From the NCBI GenBank assembly GCA_038816475.1, contig JAWBAI010000009.1, positions 1 through 63,691 of the forward strand: 63,691 nt of DNA, read 5' to 3'. Positions 19,582 through 29,217 of this stretch are shown here, in pieces; the stretch's first letter is position 1; every line of letters begins with the position of its first letter. The notes under the pieces are model-generated. The model ran no database searches. It was not told where the DNA came from and saw only the letters and a list, made by a program, of their open reading frames with translations. The stretch comes from Desulfurococcaceae archaeon (GTDB lineage: Archaea > Thermoproteota > Thermoprotei_A > Sulfolobales > Desulfurococcaceae). The translations under genes were made by a program, and so were the position numbers.

Positions 19582-21964
19582 AATAATTGGAGTGGATTGC
19601 CCAACGTGTGTTTACTCGATTGAGAGAAGGCTGAAGAGTGTTAGGGGTTTTGCAGAGCTAAGAGTGGATGTTTCTACGGGCTTAGCAGAGGTTATCTGTA
19701 GCGAGGACTGCTCTGCAAGGGAAGTGTACGAAGCGATAAGGGAAGCAGGCTATGACGTCTACAAGGATACAGTGGAAGTTTACCTTGATGTATCCCCTGA
19801 ACAGGTGAGCATCGTAGAGAAGAGGATCTCGGGTATAAGCGGTGTTCTTGAAGCAAGAGTATCGCCATCCACGGGGCTAGCTAGAATAGGCTTTAATCCT
19901 CTCGAAACAACGAGAGACCAGCTATACCAGGAGCTCTCGAGGATCGGTGTTAAAACCAGGCGAGCCCCGAGAACCCGGTTGATCCACTCCGAGAAATTCA
20001 ACCTCGCTACGAGGCTTACAGCCTTCGCGGTGGCTTTGGGAGTTATATCCTACTCTATGGCTGGTATGCTATCCCCCTCGATCAGACTGGACGAATGGGT
20101 AGTGGGATCTGCAGCTTTCCTAGTTCTGGTGCTTTCGAGCTCGTTCATCAAGAGGGGATTTAAAGCTCTGCTCATGAGAGCACCCACTATGGAATCCCTG
20201 GTTGCACTGTCCTCCACGATATCCTTCACGGCTGGGTTAATCCTGAGCTTGGGGTTTCCAGAGCTGGATCATCAGGTACACGGATTAGTTCACACTTCAT
20301 CGTTCTATGAAGCATCAGTGGGGGTTCTAGGCTTTGTAAGCATGGGTAAGTACCTTGAGGAGAGATTGAAGCAAAAAGCTTTCAAGTATCTCGAGGAACT
20401 CGAGAAAGCCTCAGAGGGTAAAGCCAGAGTTTTTCGCGGAGACAGCGTGGTGGAGGTTGACGTATCCCAGGTCCACGTGAACGACATTGTTGAAGCTAGA
20501 AGCGGTGACAGAATCCCCGTGGACGGTGTGGTAGTGGAGGGTTCAGCCTACGTGGATGAGTCGCTTCTAACCGGGGAATCACGCCCCGTTCTGAAGAAAG
20601 CTGAGAACAGGGACTACGTGCTTGCGGGTTCAACTGTGCTCAGTGGTTACTTGAGGATCAGGGTAACCCGCGTTGGACGAGACACTACTGTAGCTCGAAT
20701 AGCTGAAGAAGCTGGCAGAGCACAGTTCTACAAGCCGGGGATTCAAAGGCTTGCCGACAGAGTTGTAGGGTTTATAACATGGGTAGTTATAGCAGTAGCG
20801 CTCGTGGTTGCTACTACTTGGTACATGCTAACGGGCAACCCGCTCCTCTCAGTTCTCACAGCAGTAGCAGTTCTTGCTGTAACATGCCCTTGTCCACTCG
20901 GAATTGCAATACCAATGGCTGTTTCAATCGGAGTAGTGAAAGCCTCGAGAAAAGGCATACTGGTGAGGCGGGGAGACGTTTTCGAGAGAATTACGAGGTC
21001 GAACACAGTAATCTTCGATAAGACCGGAACACTTACAACAGGTGAACCAAGGGTTACCAGGGTTATCAAGCGAGGTAAGTACGATGAGAGAACGGTTATG
21101 AGCTACGCGTGCAGTATTGAAGCTAGAAGTGAGCATAGGCTAGCGCAAGCCATCGTAGAGTACTGCAGGGAGAACAATTACGCTTTCCACGAGAGCGTTG
21201 AGGACTTCAACTACTTCCCAGGTCTAGGAGTAGTGGGTAGAGTTAACGGACATCTCGTTGCCGTGGGTAGCATTGAACTTGCTACTAGACTAGGATTAAG
21301 CATTGATGAAGAAACAGGAAGGATGGTATCTATGATTGGAAGCAACGCTAAAACACCTGTGCTCGTGATCGTGGATGATGAGCTGGCGGCTGTCGTGGAG
21401 ATATCCGATACTCCTAGACCAGAAGCTCGCTTTGTTGTTAAGCGGCTTAAGGAACTAGGCTTCAGGGTTGGAGTTGCAAGTGGTGACGTGGAATCGGCTG
21501 TTCAGAGAATCAGGGAGGACCTTGAATTGGACTTTGCAGTTGGAGAGCTTAAGCCAATGGATAAAGCTGAGCTTGTTCGCGAAACCCAGATGAAAGGAGG
21601 AAAAGTAGTGTTCATCGGTGATGGTGTTAATGATGCACCAGCACTAGGAGTAGCGTTCGTGGGAGTTGCCATGGGTAAAGCAACGGACATAGCGAAGAAC
21701 GCTGGAGACGTTGTTCTCGTATCAAACGACCTTAGGGGTTTACTCGAGATCTACGAGCTAAGCAGAAGAGTTAACAGAATTGCACTTGAGAACCTAGCGT
21801 GGGCGTTCGTGTACAACGCGGTACTAATTCCAATAGCAGCTGGAGCACTCTACCCGAGCCACGGTGTTCTCCTAAAGCCCGAGTGGGCTGCTTTAGCAAT
21901 GATCTTAAGCGATATATCAGTAGTAGCGAACTCTCTTAGACTCGTAGCTGGTAAACCCTCTTAG
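19562..21964 (+). CDS. copA: Heavy-metal P1B-type ATPase (CopA-like)
   Basis: N-terminal CPTC HMA domain, TGES, CPC, DKTGTLT, GDGVND, YN. Confidence 0.93.
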   Translation: MRKLVIRIIGVDCPTCVYSIERRLKSVRGFAELRVDVSTGLAEVICSEDCSAREVYEAIREAGYDVYKDTVEVYLDVSPEQVSIVEKRISGISGVLEARVSPSTGLARIGFNPLETTRDQLYQELSRIGVKTRRAPRTRLIHSEKFNLATRLTAFAVALGVISYSMAGMLSPSIRLDEWVVGSAAFLVLVLSSSFIKRGFKALLMRAPTMESLVALSSTISFTAGLILSLGFPELDHQVHGLVHTSSFYEASVGVLGFVSMGKYLEERLKQKAFKYLEELEKASEGKARVFRGDSVVEVDVSQVHVNDIVEARSGDRIPVDGVVVEGSAYVDESLLTGESRPVLKKAENRDYVLAGSTVLSGYLRIRVTRVGRDTTVARIAEEAGRAQFYKPGIQRLADRVVGFITWVVIAVALVVATTWYMLTGNPLLSVLTAVAVLAVTCPCPLGIAIPMAVSIGVVKASRKGILVRRGDVFERITRSNTVIFDKTGTLTTGEPRVTRVIKRGKYDERTVMSYACSIEARSEHRLAQAIVEYCRENNYAFHESVEDFNYFPGLGVVGRVNGHLVAVGSIELATRLGLSIDEETGRMVSMIGSNAKTPVLVIVDDELAAVVEISDTPRPEARFVVKRLKELGFRVGVASGDVESAVQRIREDLELDFAVGELKPMDKAELVRETQMKGGKVVFIGDGVNDAPALGVAFVGVAMGKATDIAKNAGDVVLVSNDLRGLLEIYELSRRVNRIALENLAWAFVYNAVLIPIAAGALYPSHGVLLKPEWAALAMILSDISVVANSLRLVAGKPS

Positions 21965-22173
21965 AGAAACCCAAAAGCACCTCCTAAGCATTGAATAACA
22001 CAAACAAGGCTGAAGCAATACTGTTCAACATTCACCCGCGAGTACTTTGATGAAATATGCAGAAAATCGGAGGATTGTAACCCGAGAGCATAGATGAACG
22101 ATCTATAAAAACAGGGTTCTAATTTCAAATCGCGGTTCAATAGCGGCGTACAGTATCATCTACCAATCGGCAA

Positions 22174-24279
22174 TCAAATATGCTTGCGTGTTTTAATCCT
22201 CAAGGTTACTAGTGCAACCGTGATAGCAACTACTACGACAACAGCTCCTATCAGAACATGGCTCGGCATGGCACCATATAATGGGGCTTGTGCAGATGTC
22301 GGCGGTGTTTCCACAGTAGGTGCTGGAGAAACCTCGGTCTCTGTTATGGTCAACGTCTCCTGGGGGATCTCATGCTTGTACGCAGCGTTCAGCAGTAATA
22401 CAGCTGTTAGTGGTGGTATAACAATTGAGGTACCATTGATCACGGGTTCTTCACCACTTGATGTGTATAGAACAATCCACTCGTACTCAGCGAGATCACC
22501 TGGTAGCTTGAAGATAGCTGGTTCCAGCTTGTTGTTAGCAACAACCAGGACCTCGTCGTTGTAGCCTCTTGTGTACGCTAGAACTCCGCCTTGTGTCTCG
22601 AACACTCTTATTATACTCGTGTGGAGAGGTTTAAGGTTGTTCTTGAACCACCCTAGTTTCTTGTAGTGCTCGAAAACCTCGGTATTCAGTTTATCCCACT
22701 GTATGGGGTATCGGTGTTCTTCCCACGGGTATGCTCTCATACCCGGTAAACCGCGCTCATCACCTTGGAATATGATGGGTGCACCAGGCTGCGTGTACTG
22801 TAGTGTTGACATGAGCTTCAACCTTAGAATGGATTCTCTCGGTGGGTTTGGCTCAGGGAATAGTCTACCACCACCGAGCATTGTTAGAACTCTGTCTGTG
22901 TCGTGTGATCCCACTATGTTGAATCCCATGCCTGCAACGGCTACGCTGTACCTTGCGTAGTACGAGGAGAGCACGTACGCTATGTTACCTTCGTACCTGC
23001 CTCTAGCATACTCAACTAGGATGTCTAGTCCCAGAGCGTAGTTCATGAGCGAGTCAAAGGGTCCTCTGTTAACCCACTCCGGTCTCTGCTCCCATATTTC
23101 GCCCACTATGTAGGCATTGGGAAACCTAGATTTAACAGCTCTGTGAAGCTCCTCGAAGAACTCGCGTGGGTTAAGGAGATCCAGTGGTGTATCTATTCTA
23201 ACACCATCGAACCCCAGCTCTAGCCAGTGAAGAACAGCGTTGATCAAGTGCTCTTTAACCTCGGGTACTGTGGTGTTCAGCTGTGGTAAGTGACCAAGGT
23301 TCCACCAGCATCTGTAGGCTCTACCATCACCAGGTGTGAATGGCCACCTGTAGACCGTGAACCAGTTCCAGTAGGTGCTGTTCGGGCCCTTTACAACCAC
23401 GTCTTGGAAAGCCCAGTGTCCAAGCCCTACGTGTCCTGGTACGAAGTCGAAGATCACCTTGATGTTCCTTCTGTGGGCTTCCTCGAGGAGTTCCCTGAGA
23501 TCATCGAGTGTACCGAACCTTGGGTGTAGCTTGTAGTGGTCAAACGTGTCGTAGCAGTGCGTGCTCCCGCAGAGGAAGATGGGTGTTATGTATAGTAAGC
23601 CAACTCCAAGCTCCTTGAGATAGTCCAGCTTGGCTATAATGCCTCTGAGGTCTCCACCGTAGTACTGGTGGCAGCAGTGGTGTGGTATGTGCGGTGGATC
23701 ACTCCAGTTCGAGAGAACAGGTTTATCCGATGTGGTGTTGTCGTAGAGAAGTGCGTCGTAGATCAGTGCGTAGTGGTCGTTGGTGGGATCCCCATTGTAG
23801 AACCTGTCGGGGAACACCTGGTAACCCACTCTGCTTCGAACCCAGCTTACCTGAGGATACCTGTTGACACCGTCAAAGCGGAAGAACGGAGCTTCCCTTC
23901 TCTGGTACACCAGAATGGTTGTGCCGTTGGTCAAGTGTAATCTGAAGTAGTAGCTTATCTCTGAGCCCGTGTACACTATGTGCCCGAACCAGACAACGCG
24001 GTCCACTAGGAACAGCTGGGGTTTCATCTTAACTTCTCTATTGTTTACAACCAGGTACGCTTCTGCAACTTCAACAGCACGATTAACTGCTAGTCTCACT
24101 ACAACGTGGTCGTCTGCAATGGACAGGTACACGGGGTCCTCGGGTACGTGGACAAGTAGATCCATTTCGCTCACGTACACAACGCTCTCGCTTCCCGTGG
24201 TAGCGGGAACTCCTATGAGCATGCTTGCGATGATCATCTGCAATACCAGTTTTACGGTTAATGCTTTCTTCCACATCAC
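22174..24279 (-). CDS. Extracellular membrane-anchored GH13 pullulanase/neopullulanase-type enzyme
   Basis: YQVFPDRF, GGDLRGI, DGVRIDT, GEIW, GSHDTDR; signal peptide, Thr/Pro linker, C-terminal TM. Confidence 0.92.
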   Translation of the reverse strand: MMWKKALTVKLVLQMIIASMLIGVPATTGSESVVYVSEMDLLVHVPEDPVYLSIADDHVVVRLAVNRAVEVAEAYLVVNNREVKMKPQLFLVDRVVWFGHIVYTGSEISYYFRLHLTNGTTILVYQRREAPFFRFDGVNRYPQVSWVRSRVGYQVFPDRFYNGDPTNDHYALIYDALLYDNTTSDKPVLSNWSDPPHIPHHCCHQYYGGDLRGIIAKLDYLKELGVGLLYITPIFLCGSTHCYDTFDHYKLHPRFGTLDDLRELLEEAHRRNIKVIFDFVPGHVGLGHWAFQDVVVKGPNSTYWNWFTVYRWPFTPGDGRAYRCWWNLGHLPQLNTTVPEVKEHLINAVLHWLELGFDGVRIDTPLDLLNPREFFEELHRAVKSRFPNAYIVGEIWEQRPEWVNRGPFDSLMNYALGLDILVEYARGRYEGNIAYVLSSYYARYSVAVAGMGFNIVGSHDTDRVLTMLGGGRLFPEPNPPRESILRLKLMSTLQYTQPGAPIIFQGDERGLPGMRAYPWEEHRYPIQWDKLNTEVFEHYKKLGWFKNNLKPLHTSIIRVFETQGGVLAYTRGYNDEVLVVANNKLEPAIFKLPGDLAEYEWIVLYTSSGEEPVINGTSIVIPPLTAVLLLNAAYKHEIPQETLTITETEVSPAPTVETPPTSAQAPLYGAMPSHVLIGAVVVVVAITVALVTLRIKTRKHI

Positions 24280-24388
24280 GGTAACCAGCCTCGCCTGCAG
24301 GCTCGTGGAGACTATCGCGTAGAAGGGTAATAAGCGTGCTGTTCTACTATGTATGTTCTGGGTTTGGTGGTGTACTCGGGGGTTTCTC

Positions 24389-26284
24389 TTGCCTTTAGGC
24401 TACAATGGTAGATGGCTTAGAGTAAATCTAACCGATGGAAGCGTTAGAGTTGAAGAAGTCCCGGAGGATGTTTACAGGTTGTTCCTCGGTGGAAGAGGCT
24501 TCGCAGCCTATGTGCTCTTCAGGGAGGTGAAACCGGGTACTGATCCCCTGGGACCCGGGAACAAGCTTGTGTTCGCCACGAGTGCTATCACCGGTGTACC
24601 GGTTCCAGGGGTTAACAGGGTGACCTTGGCTGCTAAGTCTCCTCAGACCGGAACTTATGGTGACAGCGAAGCAGGCGGGTTCTTCGCTGTAGAGCTCAAG
24701 TACGCTGGTTTCGACGTGGTAATCTTTGAAGGCGCATCCGAGAAGCCCGTTTACCTGTGGATCAAGGATGGGGAAGCAGAGCTGAGAGATGCTTCACATC
24801 TCTGGGGTAAAACAACGAAGGAAACCGTGCTAGAGATCAGGCGTGAACTCGGCGAGCCATTGGCTAGAGTAGCCTGCATAGGTCCAGCTGGTGAAAAGCT
24901 GGTGAAGTTCGCCAGCGTGATCTTCGACTGCAGGTATGCAGCTGGGCGCAGCGGTATGGGTGCTGTTATGGGGTCCAAGAAACTTAAAGCTGTTGCTGTG
25001 AAGGCCTCAAGGAGAACACTCGTGTTCCACGACGAGAAGAAGCTCGTAGAGCTCACCAGGTGGTTCAACGAGAACTGGAGAAAGCAACCCGGTGCTGTTT
25101 CCAGAAGCACCTATGGAACAGCTGAGCTCGTGGTACCGCTCAACAGGGATGGTATACTTCCAACGATGAACTTCAGAACGGGGTTCTTCGAGAAAGCGGA
25201 CGAGATCAGCGGTGAGACCCTCAACAAAACCATCCTGGTTAAACGCGAGGGCTGCTTTGCATGCCCACTGATGTGTAAACCCGTGGTCAAGGGTAAACCT
25301 CCGTACGAAACAGACTCCGACTACGGTGGACCAGAGTACGAGACCATTGCAGCCTTCGGCTCACTCCTGGGCATCAGCGACCTCAGCGCGATAGCCTACG
25401 CAAACCAGCTGTGCAACGCCTTCGGATTGGATACCATAAGCACTGGAGCTATTATAGCGTTCGCGTTCGAGCTCTACGAGAAGGGCATCATAACCCGGGA
25501 GGATGTGGGTGGACTAGAGCTCGGGTTCGGAAAAGTGGAGGCAGCGCTAGAACTCCTGAGAATGATCGTGAACCGTGAGGGATTCGGGAACCTACTAGCC
25601 GAGGGTGTTGCGAATGCTTCGCGAACCATAGGTAAAGGCTCGGAGAAGTACGCATTGCACGTCAAGGGTAAAGAAATACCCATGCACGAGCCTCGCGGTA
25701 AAGTTGGCGTTGGGTTAGCCTACGCGATCTCACCTACTGGAGCAGACCACCTCCAAGCACCACACGATCCAACCTTCGAGAGAAGGAGGTTAGACCTCAT
25801 GCAGCTCGGCGTGGAAAAACCGGTTGGTAGACTAGACCTCGGACCAGCCAAGGTTAAAGCACTCTACTACACGTGGCTCTGGTGGAACCTCGAGGACTGC
25901 CTTGGCTTATGCAAGTTCACAGTACTACCACACTCAGCAGGGGTCTTCTACCCAAGTCATGTAGTTGAGATCGTCAACGCGGCAACAGGTTGGCAAATAA
26001 CGCTCTGGGAGCTGATGAAAGTAAGCGAGAGAGTTTTAAACCTTGTGAAAGCCTTCAACACCCGCGAGGGCTTTACCTCAAGAGATGACACACTACCGGA
26101 GAGGTTCTTCGAACCTCTGGAAACAGGTCCCAGGGCTGGTCAGAGAATAGATAGAGAAGAGTTCGAGAAAGCACTAAAGCTCTTCTACGAAATAGCAGGC
26201 TGGGACATGGACGGTAGACCAACGAAGGCTAAGCTCTACGAGCTTGACCTCGACTGGGTTGCAGATGAGCTCTACAAGAGTTAG
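24389..26284 (+). CDS. aor: Tungsten aldehyde:ferredoxin oxidoreductase family
   Basis: AKSPQTG, GRSGMGAVMGSKKLKA, CFACPLMC, EYET, GLDTIS, DCLGLCKF; likely TTG start at 24389. Confidence 0.95.
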   Translation: MPLGYNGRWLRVNLTDGSVRVEEVPEDVYRLFLGGRGFAAYVLFREVKPGTDPLGPGNKLVFATSAITGVPVPGVNRVTLAAKSPQTGTYGDSEAGGFFAVELKYAGFDVVIFEGASEKPVYLWIKDGEAELRDASHLWGKTTKETVLEIRRELGEPLARVACIGPAGEKLVKFASVIFDCRYAAGRSGMGAVMGSKKLKAVAVKASRRTLVFHDEKKLVELTRWFNENWRKQPGAVSRSTYGTAELVVPLNRDGILPTMNFRTGFFEKADEISGETLNKTILVKREGCFACPLMCKPVVKGKPPYETDSDYGGPEYETIAAFGSLLGISDLSAIAYANQLCNAFGLDTISTGAIIAFAFELYEKGIITREDVGGLELGFGKVEAALELLRMIVNREGFGNLLAEGVANASRTIGKGSEKYALHVKGKEIPMHEPRGKVGVGLAYAISPTGADHLQAPHDPTFERRRLDLMQLGVEKPVGRLDLGPAKVKALYYTWLWWNLEDCLGLCKFTVLPHSAGVFYPSHVVEIVNAATGWQITLWELMKVSERVLNLVKAFNTREGFTSRDDTLPERFFEPLETGPRAGQRIDREEFEKALKLFYEIAGWDMDGRPTKAKLYELDLDWVADELYKS

Positions 26285-26567
26285 AGTAGTACTCATACCA
26301 ATGCATCTTAGGGAACTCGCTGGAGTAACTGAAGAAGAGCTTGAACTAGGCGATAATCCAACCGTGATGAGTCTTCTAGCTAAGCTGAGAGAAGTACATG
26401 GACCTCGGCTATACGAACAACTCTACGACGAGAAAACAAAAGACCTTAGAAGCGGAATTCTGCTCATCGTCGACAACAGGGTAGTCCAGAGTACAAGCGA
26501 AAAACTAGAGAACGGATTCACGGTCATCGTAACAATAGCGTACGAAGGAGGAACACGTGGTGAGTAA
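26265..26567 (+). CDS. MoaD/ThiS/SAMP ubiquitin-like sulfur carrier with extension after GG
   Basis: Beta-grasp pattern; ends ...AYEGG-TRGE; overlaps the aor stop. Confidence 0.8.
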   Translation: MSSTRVRVVLIPMHLRELAGVTEEELELGDNPTVMSLLAKLREVHGPRLYEQLYDEKTKDLRSGILLIVDNRVVQSTSEKLENGFTVIVTIAYEGGTRGE

Positions 26568-26593
26568 AGTATCCCGTTCGGATCGGAGATGCT

Positions 26594-26796
26594 TGATCAA
26601 CACATGGAAACAACCATGTGAACCGAACAAAACTGCTTGTATAAAGCTGTTATGTAACATTGAACGGCTCTGATCAACCAAGCGACCCCCGATTAACCGG
26701 GGATTCGTCTAGTAATAACCCATTGATAAGATTTGATCTAACATCCATGATCACCATGAAGTTTTCCACGGGGTTGATCAGAGCAAAGCTTAAAAT
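26594..26796. repeat. TGATCA-rich intergenic segment with 13-bp perfect inverted repeat and copy B of the dispersed repeat
   Basis: GCTCTGATCAACC (26667-26679) and GGTTGATCAGAGC (26772-26784); 26740-26796 matches 4517-4574 in reverse. Confidence 0.55.
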
Positions 26797-26847
26797 CCCT
26801 CCAACGTAGATAAAGTTGAAGAAAACAATTCAAATCAAAGCTCACAT

Positions 26848-27360
26848 TTAGAATACAATGACAAAGAATTGAAAGCTGCTTAGACCAAGTTTATCTCCAA
26901 CAGTATAAACAACGGGAGCAGACATAAGTGCGCCTCCGGGAACAGGCAGTAAACCCATAACAGCTGGAACAACTGATGCAACAAGCTTAGGTTTTTCAAG
27001 GAGTTTTACGATTTCTTTACCAAGCTTAGAGATGAAACCCGTTGTGTTGTAGAGGTTCACCAGTATAGCTATCATGAACACTACTAGAACAAGGTCAAAC
27101 GTTGCTGTACTATGAGCCGTTGAAAGCAATGTAGAAGTGAAACCGTTGAGTCCGGAGCCTATCAACCCCATGGTCATTGAAGCTAGCAGAAGAGCTAGCC
27201 ATACAGGTTTCTTTAAGCCGAGAACTAACGCTAACACAGTAAACCCAGCTATAATACCAAGCTCGCTGTGCAACGCGTCTTCGCCTCGTGGTTCTTTTAA
27301 AGTACTTACGCCACGGGTTTCCAGGATCATCGAAGCACACTTTATATACGCAAAGATCAC
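26848..27360 (-). pseudogene. DUF401-family membrane protein, C-terminally truncated
   Basis: PAVMGLLPVPGGALMSAP motif; frame ends after about 170 aa, much shorter than typical family members. Confidence 0.65.
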
Positions 27361-27679
27361 TCACATTTACTAGTTATCCATGTTTGAGTTTTCCATTATA
27401 GCTGAAAACCCTAATATTACACTTGACGAGTTCCTAAACTAGTGGTCTTCTTGAGAAATCCATTAAGACGGACCTCGTGCTAAGCTATTCTCGGCATGTC
27501 TTTACACATCTAGCTCATGATTATACACATTAACACTCGCTTTCTCACCCGATTACTTCGAGGTGTCTTTATGAATAGAAACTCCTTCGAGAGAAGTGAT
27601 TTTCAGATTTCAACATTGCAATAACTAGGATTTAACTAAGCTTATATCAAGAGATGAGGCTCATTCTACTTGGTGTATT

Positions 27680-29152
27680 TTGTTGAGCTTTGTAAAGAAC
27701 CAATTGCTTGTTGGACTAGATATTGGAACTAGTAGTGTTAAGGCTTGCGTTTACGATAGACATGGTGCTAAGTACTTCTCTACGAGAAAACCACTTCTAA
27801 ATACCATTTACTCCGGCTCCATGGTTGAGCAGGATCCCTACGAGGTCTTATCAGCTGTAGTTGAGGTTTTAAAGACCCTGGCTAATGTGTTCAAAGACGA
27901 GGAGTTATATATAGGATTATCGTCAACCTCACCATCACTAGTTGTAGTTGACGGTGAGTGCAATCCTCTTTACAACATAATAGCTTGGATGGATAGAAGA
28001 GCTGTTGAGGAAGCAAAGCTCCTCGAGAGCCAGATCGGCAGATTTGAAATTGTAAGAAAAACTGGGCTTTACTGTGATTCTATATTTACAGCACCAAAGA
28101 TCCTTTGGGTCAAAAGGCATCTTCCAAGTTTATTCAATAAAGCGAAGTTCTTTATTCAGCTGAAGGACTACGTGTTTTATCATCTAACCATGCAGCCATA
28201 TACGGATTTCTCACATATAAGCGAGACATTGCTATACACACTCAAAGGAGATTTCTACAGCGAGATACTGAATTTAATTGGTATAACACCGGAGAACATC
28301 TTTAAACCAGCATCCTCGAGTAGTATTTTTAAAATAAACCCATCCCCGCTCATGAGGGAGTTGCAGGAGTTAAGAGGAAGAGTATTTATAGCACTTGGGG
28401 GAGTAGACTCCGTAGTTGCAAACCTCGGAGCAGGTGCTGTGAGTTCCAACATAGCCTCTGATACAACAGGTACATCAACCTGCATAAACATAATACTTAA
28501 GGAACCATCTGAGAAGTTTATTGGTGTATTCGAGATATACAGGCATGTAATAGACAATTACTTCGTACTAGAAGCATCATTACCTACAAGTGGCTTTTTC
28601 CTTGATAAAATATTGGACCTTGTAGGAGCCGACTACACATTATTGGACAAACTCGATGAAAAACCATCAACTCTGCTTGTTCATCCTTTTCTCGAGGGTA
28701 CAAGATCCCCTGACTGGAATCCTAGAATGCTTGGATCAATCTATGGCTTATCAACGTCAGTAAGCAAAGAGGACTTGGTAAAGGGAGTATTAGAGGGCGT
28801 TGCTTTCTGGATTAGGAACATTATTGACATAGTAAAGAACGGCGGGTTGCAAATAGATGAAGTAAGGTCTGGTGGTGGAGGGGGTCGAGGTGTATGGAAT
28901 AAGATTAAAGCTAATGTAACAGGAGTTGTCTATAAAGAGCCACTTGAGTTAGAAACATCTTCGCTTGGTGCTGCGATACTTGCTGGGCTAGGAGCTGGGT
29001 TCTTCAAAGACGTTGTTGAAGCTGTTTCATCGATGGTTAAGATAAATCGTACATTCTTTCCAAATCCTAATTATAAGCCTATATATGATGATAAGTACAG
29101 GAATTGGTTATCTATATGGAGTTTTTATAGAAAGCTCTTAACGATGAAGTAG
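27680..29152 (+). CDS. FGGY-family carbohydrate kinase (xylulokinase/gluconokinase-like)
   Basis: GLDIGTSSVK, EQDP, WMDRRA, GTS, PFLEGTRSP, EGVAF, LGAAILAG. Confidence 0.92.
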   Translation: MLSFVKNQLLVGLDIGTSSVKACVYDRHGAKYFSTRKPLLNTIYSGSMVEQDPYEVLSAVVEVLKTLANVFKDEELYIGLSSTSPSLVVVDGECNPLYNIIAWMDRRAVEEAKLLESQIGRFEIVRKTGLYCDSIFTAPKILWVKRHLPSLFNKAKFFIQLKDYVFYHLTMQPYTDFSHISETLLYTLKGDFYSEILNLIGITPENIFKPASSSSIFKINPSPLMRELQELRGRVFIALGGVDSVVANLGAGAVSSNIASDTTGTSTCINIILKEPSEKFIGVFEIYRHVIDNYFVLEASLPTSGFFLDKILDLVGADYTLLDKLDEKPSTLLVHPFLEGTRSPDWNPRMLGSIYGLSTSVSKEDLVKGVLEGVAFWIRNIIDIVKNGGLQIDEVRSGGGGGRGVWNKIKANVTGVVYKEPLELETSSLGAAILAGLGAGFFKDVVEAVSSMVKINRTFFPNPNYKPIYDDKYRNWLSIWSFYRKLLTMK

Positions 29153-29217
29153 AATTGTTGTACTCTAATTTACAACATTTTATTGAGAAGTTCATTGTGT
29201 AAATTAATTATTGGCGA

